DNA from: an uncultured Dehalococcoidia bacterium
GTDB taxonomy: Bacteria > Chloroflexota > Dehalococcoidia > Dehalococcoidales > Fen-1064
Assembly (NCBI GenBank): GCA_903916765.1
Contig: CAIWXV010000106.1
Location: 1-43,743 of the forward strand
Reading direction: 5' to 3'
DNA: 43,743 nucleotides
Each line of letters begins with the position of its first letter. Position 1 is the first letter of the stretch. Both the position numbers and the translations under genes were made by a program. The notes under the pieces are model-generated. The model worked only from the letters and a program-made list of their open reading frames with translations. It was not told the DNA's origin and did no database searches. This document shows positions 8,805-15,520 of the stretch, in pieces.

Positions 8805-11465
8805 ATGACAAATAACCGGAATATAAAAAGATTATCTGGCGATACCAACCTGATAAATAACGACGAGGTTTTATCTCTGCCTTCGGATGAGCTACTGAAT
8901 CGGCTGGGTACTTCTTTATACGGTCTCAGTACTGAAGAAGCAGAAAGCCGTTTGGAAACCTACGGCTCCAATGAGGTTAGTAAGAAAAAACAAGCCTCGA
9001 TTGTCATCGAATTTTTCTCACATTTTAAAAGTCCGCTGGTTATTATCCTGATAATAGCGGCAATAGTGTCCGCTGTTTTAAACGAGGTGGTAAATGCTTC
9101 GATTATACTCTCTATCATCTTGATAAGTGTGATTCTTGATTTCACACAGGAACACCGGGCGGAGAAAGCTGCAGAGGCATTGAAAAAAAGGGTGGCTACC
9201 ACAGCAACCGTTTTCAGAGGTGGGGCAAAGCAAGATATCGAGGTTTTTTCACTGGTTCCCGGTGATGTCATTACTCTTTCCGCCGGAGACATTGTCCCGG
9301 CAGATTCCAGGATAATCAGTGCCAGAGACTTCTTTATCGACCAGTCTGCCTTGACAGGAGAATCCTTTCCCGTAGAAAAAACTGCCGACCTTATTACTGA
9401 TAAAGTCGACAACACTAAGTGGAATAACTACCTGTTTATGGGGACATCAGTAACCAACGGTACCGCTACAGCCGTCATTGTTAAAACGGGAAGTGCTACT
9501 CAATACGGACAAATTGCCGGAAAAATCTTGGAGAAGAAGCCTGAAACCGATTTCGAAGGGGGTCTCCGAAGATTCGGGCTCCTGATTATGCAGGTAACCT
9601 TTGTCCTGGTTATTCTGGTATTTTTCATTAACGCCAGTTTCAAGCGCGGTGTCTTGGAATCCTTGCTATTTGCAGTCGCTCTGGCCGTAGGATTAACACC
9701 TGAGTTGTTACCAATGATTCTCTCTATTAACCTCGCCCGTGGGGCTGCTGCCATGTCCAAGAAAGGTGTCATTGTAAAACGGTTGGTATCGATACAGAAC
9801 TTCGGCAGTATGGACGTTCTCTGTGCCGACAAGACCGGAACACTAACGGAGAATAAGGTCTCCGTCATACTTCATGTGGATATGGAAGGGAAGGAATCGG
9901 ATAAGGTATTCCTGCACTCTCTTCTGAACAGCCGCTACCAAACCGGACTACGCAGCCCGCTCGACGAAGCGATATTGAAACACAAAGAGATCAATACGGA
10001 CATCTACCAGAAAATTGATGAAATCCCATTTGATTTTATTCGCAAACGAGTTTCTATTGTAGTTAATGAGAACCAGAATAATCTTCTGATTACCAAGGGA
10101 GCACCTGAGGAAATTTCAAAAGTTATCAAACATTACGAAATTAACGACCAGGTATTCGACCTGACAGATGAAACTAAAGGCAAAATCGATCGGGAGTATC
10201 GTGATTTAAGCTCTCAGGGATACCGTGTCCTCGGCGTATGCTATCGAAAAATAACAGAAACTAAAAAGATCTTTTCCGTAGCCGAAGAAAAAGACATGGT
10301 CTTCCTGGGATTCATTGCTTTTGTGGACCCGCTCAAGGAAACTGCCGGCGAATCGCTGGAACTACTGAGACAATCCGGCGTGAAACTTAAAATCCTTACT
10401 GGCGATAATGAAATCGTCACGGGGCAGATATGTCAACAATTGGGTTTTCAGGTATACCAGTACCGACGCGGCAGGAAATACGATGATTCCGTCGGGCGTA
10501 TTACCCGCACCGTCACTGCCGAACCGATGAATATCATGCGTAGCAGTGAAATCGAAGATATGAACGATGATGTCCTGGCAACAGTTGTTGAGAAAGTGGA
10601 TATCTTCACGCGTGTCAACCCTGCCCAGAAAAACCGTATTATGAATGCACTCAAAGCCAAGGGGCATGTCGTCGGTTACATTGGTGATGGTATTAACGAC
10701 ACCCCTTCGATGAAAGTAGCTGATGTCAGTATCTCGGTTACCAATGCGGTGGACATAGCCAAGGAATCGGCTGACATTATACTTTTGAAAAATGACCTTA
10801 GAGTCATCAGCGATGGTGTAGTCGAAGGCAGGAAAACCTTCGGTAACACCATGAAGTATATTCAAATGTCAATCAGCTCTAATTTCGGCAACATGTTCAG
10901 TGCGGCCGGAGCTTCGTTATTTTTAACGTTCCTGCCGATGTTACCTATCCAAATACTCCTGAACAATCTCCTTTATGACTTTTCTCAACTGACCATTCCG
11001 ACTGACAATGTCGATGAGGAATATGTTAAACGGCCACAAAGACTGGGCGCAAACTACATCAGGAAATTTATGCTGGCATTTGGCCCCATCAGCTCAATCT
11101 TTGACTTTCTAACCTTTTTTGTGATGATATTCGTTTTCAAAGCATCCGAACCGCTATTCCAGACAGCTTGGTTTATCGAATCGTTGTTTACTCAGACCCT
11201 GGTGATTTTCGCGATAAGAACCAATATGGTACCATTCTGGAAGAGTAGGCCGAGTAAGGCATTAATAATAAACATTGCGGTTGTTCTAGCCGTAGCTTTG
11301 GCGTTGCCTTTTACGTTTCTCCGTAAATACTTTAAATTCGCACCCTTGCCGCCGAAGTTCTTAATTATCTTAGGAGTATTCATTGTAGTTTATATAGGGC
11401 TGGTAGAACTTGTGAAGCTATGGTTCTACCGAAAAGATAAGGATGCAATTGAGTCTGATAAGTAA
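8805..11465 (+). CDS. mgtA: Magnesium-translocating P-type ATPase
   Basis: DKTGTLT phosphorylation motif, TGDN, GDGINDTPS, and the MgtA-typical segment LLNNLLYDFSQLTIPTDNVDEEY. 886 aa. Confidence 0.9.
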   Translation: MTNNRNIKRLSGDTNLINNDEVLSLPSDELLNRLGTSLYGLSTEEAESRLETYGSNEVSKKKQASIVIEFFSHFKSPLVIILIIAAIVSAVLNEVVNASIILSIILISVILDFTQEHRAEKAAEALKKRVATTATVFRGGAKQDIEVFSLVPGDVITLSAGDIVPADSRIISARDFFIDQSALTGESFPVEKTADLITDKVDNTKWNNYLFMGTSVTNGTATAVIVKTGSATQYGQIAGKILEKKPETDFEGGLRRFGLLIMQVTFVLVILVFFINASFKRGVLESLLFAVALAVGLTPELLPMILSINLARGAAAMSKKGVIVKRLVSIQNFGSMDVLCADKTGTLTENKVSVILHVDMEGKESDKVFLHSLLNSRYQTGLRSPLDEAILKHKEINTDIYQKIDEIPFDFIRKRVSIVVNENQNNLLITKGAPEEISKVIKHYEINDQVFDLTDETKGKIDREYRDLSSQGYRVLGVCYRKITETKKIFSVAEEKDMVFLGFIAFVDPLKETAGESLELLRQSGVKLKILTGDNEIVTGQICQQLGFQVYQYRRGRKYDDSVGRITRTVTAEPMNIMRSSEIEDMNDDVLATVVEKVDIFTRVNPAQKNRIMNALKAKGHVVGYIGDGINDTPSMKVADVSISVTNAVDIAKESADIILLKNDLRVISDGVVEGRKTFGNTMKYIQMSISSNFGNMFSAAGASLFLTFLPMLPIQILLNNLLYDFSQLTIPTDNVDEEYVKRPQRLGANYIRKFMLAFGPISSIFDFLTFFVMIFVFKASEPLFQTAWFIESLFTQTLVIFAIRTNMVPFWKSRPSKALIINIAVVLAVALALPFTFLRKYFKFAPLPPKFLIILGVFIVVYIGLVELVKLWFYRKDKDAIESDK

Positions 11466-11519
11466 AAATATGACTCTATGATACCGGAGAAACTAAGAGA
11501 GTAGCCGAGTAAGCTTATA

Positions 11520-12476
11520 TTAAATTAAATGTCTGCGGCGCAGGAAATACAGCACCGCTCCTGTAATCACAATAACGATTGCCAGTAATACGAAGAAAAG
11601 ATAAGGGCTGGTTTGATTAGTACCTCCGTAGAACAACGAGTATGCTCCATAAAGTCCTAATATAATCAGGAAAGGCAATATTAAGGCAAGCATAACCACC
11701 TGAGCACGAATACCGCGATTGGCTCGATAACTGCTTAAGAGATAATCCGCATCTTTAAATACTTCGATAATATCCGTAACTTCATCCAGAGTTTCACATA
11801 TCTTGTTCATATGATCCATAAGGTCACTGAAATAGAGAGCCAAATCTATTTTACTAAATCGCTTCAGCTTCTTTTCCAGCTCCACCAGTAGGGTACGCGT
11901 CGGGAACATAACCCGCCGTTGAGTAATAATATCCCTTCTTAAGACACTCAGTTCCTCAGCTTCCTCGACTCTTTCGCTGAAGACGTTGTCTTCGATATCA
12001 TCCGTCAGGCTCATTATTTTATCGAGGACAGGGAAATAAGCGTCCAGAGTTCCGTCAAGTATTTGGTATAACAGATAGCCGGATCCCTGGCTAAAATGCT
12101 CTTTTCGCACTTCTTCACTAATCTCACACTCATGAAACAGTTCATCCAGTGGTTCAAAAACACCGGGACGAAGTGTAACGAGGAACTTATCACCTAAAAA
12201 TACCGACCACTGTTTCCGAATACTCACCCGCCTTACTTTGTCATATATCGGTAAGTGGAAGATAACAAACAGATACTGCGGGTATTCTTCAATTTTGGAG
12301 AGCTGCCTAAGACTAAGCGAATCCTCGATATCCATCGGATGGAAATTGAAGGTCTCAATTAAATACTTCGTCACCTCTTCTGTCGGCTGTATGATATCCA
12401 CCCACGTTAAATCTCCCCAAGTGATTGTCTTCATATTCAAGGGCTTCTTTCCCGGATTCTTCTCATTTGTAACCAT
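11520..12476 (-). CDS. CorA-like divalent cation transporter family protein with a degenerate signature motif
   Basis: 318 aa with a CorA-like soluble N-domain and two C-terminal TM helices. The position of the canonical YGMNF motif reads YGAYS (codons at 11637-11657). SD GGAG lies 8 nt upstream. Confidence 0.75.
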   Translation of the reverse strand: MVTNEKNPGKKPLNMKTITWGDLTWVDIIQPTEEVTKYLIETFNFHPMDIEDSLSLRQLSKIEEYPQYLFVIFHLPIYDKVRRVSIRKQWSVFLGDKFLVTLRPGVFEPLDELFHECEISEEVRKEHFSQGSGYLLYQILDGTLDAYFPVLDKIMSLTDDIEDNVFSERVEEAEELSVLRRDIITQRRVMFPTRTLLVELEKKLKRFSKIDLALYFSDLMDHMNKICETLDEVTDIIEVFKDADYLLSSYRANRGIRAQVVMLALILPFLIILGLYGAYSLFYGGTNQTSPYLFFVLLAIVIVITGAVLYFLRRRHLI

Positions 12477-12613
12477 GCGGATTCTCCTGACAGCTCAACA
12501 AACTACCAAATATTCTATCACAAATAACATATAAAACCATCAACCATCTTCCCAACGGTATTTGCGTTTCTTTTGGCGTAGCTTATCAAGATTGCTTTTT
12601 AGTATAGTCCGTT

Positions 12614-12771
12614 ATGACAAAATATTACCCCACCACATGCCGGGCATTCATACGAACTTTTGTGAAGGATATAAGAGTAAAGGATGGTAGAGTGGAACTT
12701 ATGTATACGATACCTCTGCCTCCAAAAGATAAGGTTTCTAGTGAATCAGAGGTTCTGTCTATTGTACAATT

Positions 12772-12793
<22 letters not shown>
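12614..12793 (+). pseudogene. C-terminal remnant of a recombinase-like (large serine recombinase-type) gene abutting the tRNA
   Basis: A 59-codon ORF reads MTKYYPTTCRAFIRTFVKDIRVKDGRVELMYTIPLPPKDKVSSESEVLSIVQFGSGGWI. The xFIxxFVKxIxV...Y.IPLP pattern resembles recombinase C-termini as I recall them. The last 22 nt overlap the 3' end of the tRNA on the opposite strand, and no catalytic domain is present upstream. Confidence 0.4.
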
Positions 12794-12846
<53 letters not shown>

Positions 12847-12862
12847 TCTTACTAACTATTCA

Positions 12863-12892
12863 AATATACACCAATCAGAGGTCTGAATTCAA
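12863..12892 (-). promoter_or_regulatory. Putative promoter of the tRNA-fMet gene
   Basis: On the minus strand: TTGAAT, 18 nt, TATATT, ending 16 nt upstream of the mature tRNA 5' end. Confidence 0.4.
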
Positions 12893-12948
12893 GGAAAGCT
12901 GAGAGAGCGGCATATAACCTATATCTAGCACACCCGTTAGAAATTTTT

Positions 12949-12977
12949 TTGACAATCACGCATGGATATGCTATAAT
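12949..12977 (+). promoter_or_regulatory. Perfect consensus sigma70 promoter with an upstream A/T tract
   Basis: TTGACA (12949-12954), exactly 17 nt, TATAAT (12972-12977), preceded by AAATTTTTT. It sits 360 nt upstream of the coaX ATG. Confidence 0.6.
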
Positions 12978-13337
12978 TCGACTCTAATATGAAATTGAGT
13001 CTTCTTGCAGACAATAATAAATACTTCACCTGGGACCAGTGGGTACAAAAAAGTCTTAAACGAAATTGGAAAGAATTCCGGCAAAAGACTTCGTAAAAGT
13101 CGGGGTTTCAGCTCGTTTAATTCTGATACTTGACACACTTCCCGCAAAACGATAGCACCGTTTATCGATAGTAATTCTTGCGCTTTCATTCCCCTATCAA
13201 TACCACACCATCTGTCGCCTCCGCAACGCAAAATATTTGACCGTAAGTTTTTACCCTGATACACTTGGGATAAGAGATTCGATTAGTGAAATAGTTAAAG
13301 ACAGCAAAGAAATAGTCTCTACCATAAGGAGGGAACG

Positions 13338-14105
13338 ATGTTCTTAGCGATCGATATCGGCAACACCAATGTAACCATAGGCGTATTCGAAGGTGAAAAA
13401 CTACTCCACACCTGGCGTCTGGAAACAGATATTCGTAAGATGCCCGACGAGTACGCTACAACGCTCATCAACATCATGCAATTTCAGAAGATAGAAATAG
13501 CCGACATCAAAGAAATTGCACTGTGCAGTACCGTAGCACCACTCATTTCCACTTTTGGCGAATTCCTGCAAGATTATTTCAAGGTCAGTCCGTTGGTAGT
13601 CGGCCCGGGTGTCAAAACAGGCGTCCGTATCCGCCTCGATAACCCGAAGGAAGCAGGTTCCGACCGAATTGTGAATACAGTCGCCGGTTTCCGATTATAT
13701 GGGGGACCGTCGATTGTCGTCGACCTCGGAACCGCAACAACATTTGATGTTATTTCGAAAGAGGGTGATTATCTGGGCGGAGCGATTGCACCGGGATTGA
13801 TCATTTCCGCCGAAGCACTTTTCTCAAGAACTGCCGCACTACCACGCATTCAGCTTACCCACCCGCAGAAAGCCATCGGCACCGCCACTATCTCAGCCAT
13901 GCAATCCGGTTTGATGTTCGGTTATGCGGGTCTGGTGGAAGGCATTGTAGCACATATCGAAAAGGAATTGGGCGAAAAAGCAAAGGTAATCGCTACCGGC
14001 GGTTACTGTACCGTTATCGCTAAAGAAACAAGCGTGATTAATGTGGTTAACCCTGATTTAACACTCATCGGTCTGAGAATGATTTATCAGATGAATAAGG
14101 TGTAG
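13338..14105 (+). CDS. coaX: Type III pantothenate kinase
   Basis: N-terminus MFLAIDIGNTNVTIGVF with ASKHA-fold motifs. 255 aa, SD AAGGAGGG. Confidence 0.92.
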   Translation: MFLAIDIGNTNVTIGVFEGEKLLHTWRLETDIRKMPDEYATTLINIMQFQKIEIADIKEIALCSTVAPLISTFGEFLQDYFKVSPLVVGPGVKTGVRIRLDNPKEAGSDRIVNTVAGFRLYGGPSIVVDLGTATTFDVISKEGDYLGGAIAPGLIISAEALFSRTAALPRIQLTHPQKAIGTATISAMQSGLMFGYAGLVEGIVAHIEKELGEKAKVIATGGYCTVIAKETSVINVVNPDLTLIGLRMIYQMNKV

Positions 14106-14127
14106 TAACAAAGGAGAGGGTGGTAAA

Positions 14128-15321
14128 ATGTTAACCAACAAAACAATCGTACTCGGTATTACCGGCGGGATTGCCGCCTATAAAGCAGTGGACATTGCCA
14201 GCAAGCTGACTCAGGCAGGAGCTAACGTCAGAGTAATTATGACTAAGTCAGCTCTGGAATTCATCACTCCTTTGACTTTTGAAAGCATCACCGGTAATGC
14301 TGTTGTTACGGATATGTTCCAGACTAATGCCGAACATCGAATCAACCATGTCGCCCTCTCTGAGATTGCAGACGTAATCGTTATTGCACCGGCAACGGCT
14401 AATATCATTGCCCGAATTGCCTGCGGTATGGCGGACGATATGCTCGCCTGCACTGTGCTGGCAACCAAAGCCCCGGTCATTATCTCGCCATCGATGCACA
14501 CTAATATGTATGAGAACAGCATCACACAGGAAAATATCGCCAAGCTTAAAGAGCGAGGATTTACAATTATTGAACCGTCGGCAGGACGGCTTGCCTCCGG
14601 TGGTTATGGAATCGGACGACTTCCCGATACGGAAGTAATTATCGGCGCTATCCAACAGACACTCGGCAAGAGTGGCAACCTGAAAGGCAAAAGGATTGTG
14701 GTAACAGCCGGTGGGACACAGGAAGATATCGACCCGGTGCGTTATATCGGCAATCGCTCTTCCGGTAAGATGGGCTATGCCATCGCTGAAGCTGCACGGG
14801 ATAGAGGCGCCAATGTAACACTCATTACCACCCCCACCGCACTTGCCATCCCGGAAGGGATTAAAACAGTAACAGTCCGAAGTGCCCTACAGATGAAAGA
14901 CGTGGTGGTCAAAGCAACTGCTAAGGCTGATGTTCTTTTAATGGCCGCCGCAGTAGCTGACTATACGCCCAAAACCACTGCAAAACAGAAGATTAAGAAA
15001 GGCGCCGGCGGCTTGACATTGGAGTTGGTGAAAACACCGGATATCATCTCCGAAGTCAAAGGCAAGTTCCTGAAAATCGGTTTTGCCGCTGAGACACAGA
15101 ATTTACTCGCCAATGCCAAAAAGAAGCTAGCCAGCAAAGGCTTAGATATGATTGTCGCCAATGACGTTACTTCAAAGGGAAGCGGCTTCGGCACAGACAC
15201 AAATAAGGTCACACTTATTAGTAAAGACGGTAAACAGGAGAGCCTCCCACTGATGAGCAAAAGAGAAGTCGCAGAGAAGCTTATGGATAGAGTGGGAAAG
15301 ATGATTGGGAAGAAAAGGTAG
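14128..15321 (+). CDS. coaBC: Bifunctional phosphopantothenoylcysteine decarboxylase / phosphopantothenate-cysteine ligase
   Basis: N-terminal flavoprotein domain (GITGGIAAYKAVD) and C-terminal DFP/CoaB domain. 397 aa, adjacent to coaX. Confidence 0.93.
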   Translation: MLTNKTIVLGITGGIAAYKAVDIASKLTQAGANVRVIMTKSALEFITPLTFESITGNAVVTDMFQTNAEHRINHVALSEIADVIVIAPATANIIARIACGMADDMLACTVLATKAPVIISPSMHTNMYENSITQENIAKLKERGFTIIEPSAGRLASGGYGIGRLPDTEVIIGAIQQTLGKSGNLKGKRIVVTAGGTQEDIDPVRYIGNRSSGKMGYAIAEAARDRGANVTLITTPTALAIPEGIKTVTVRSALQMKDVVVKATAKADVLLMAAAVADYTPKTTAKQKIKKGAGGLTLELVKTPDIISEVKGKFLKIGFAAETQNLLANAKKKLASKGLDMIVANDVTSKGSGFGTDTNKVTLISKDGKQESLPLMSKREVAEKLMDRVGKMIGKKR

Positions 15322-15341
15322 GGAGATGTCATCGCTTGTGA

Positions 15342-15371
15342 TTGACACTCACCCCTATACTGTGTTATTTT
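15342..15371 (+). promoter_or_regulatory. Promoter of the valS leader
   Basis: TTGACA (15342-15347), 18-nt spacer, extended -10 TGtTATTTT (15363-15371). Confidence 0.5.
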
Positions 15372-15379
15372 TACCAGTA

Positions 15380-15412
15380 ATGACCATTAACCCAGTCGTC
15401 GTCGTTATGTAG
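15380..15412 (+). CDS. Candidate valS leader peptide MTINPVVVVM (four consecutive Val codons)
   Basis: ATG ACC ATT AAC CCA GTC GTC GTC GTT ATG TAG. The ATG lies 9 nt after the -10 hexamer, so the transcript would be near-leaderless. The regulatory helices start 4 nt downstream of the stop. Confidence 0.5.
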   Translation: MTINPVVVVM

Positions 15413-15415
15413 TGA

Positions 15416-15472
15416 AGCCGGCATGTGGGACTTATCCTAGTTGAAACCCAGAGCCGTCCCACAAGGACGGCT
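15416..15472 (+). promoter_or_regulatory. Candidate antiterminator (two-part helix) competing with the valS leader terminator
   Basis: AGCCG (15416-15420) pairs with CGGCT (15468-15472), and TGTGGGAC (15424-15431) pairs with GTCCCACA (15456-15463). Together they occupy both arms of the terminator. Confidence 0.5.
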
Positions 15473-15480
15473 TTTTTGTT
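15452..15480 (+). terminator. Intrinsic terminator in the valS leader (attenuator)
   Basis: AGCCGTCC-cacaa-GGACGGCT followed by TTTTTTGTT, 41 nt upstream of the valS start. Confidence 0.75.
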
Positions 15481-15520
15481 AATAGTAGAAAAATATGGAT
15501 GCTCCTGAGGGAGAATGAAT

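Noticed and set aside
12971-13264. 97-aa minus-strand ORF between the tRNA and coaX
   Set aside because: It has no convincing SD or promoter and an odd composition. It lies antisense to the region driven by the perfect plus-strand promoter, and I recognised no family. I treat it as probably spurious, though the region as a whole is flagged as a finding.
15372-15480. T-box riboswitch as the explanation for the valS leader structures
   Set aside because: The leader between the predicted start site and the terminator is only about 100 nt, too short for a canonical Stem I. I could not find the conserved T-box sequence (AGGGUGGNACCGCG-like) or a specifier loop. The structures are better explained by the Val-codon leader ORF. 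A covariance-model scan should still be run.
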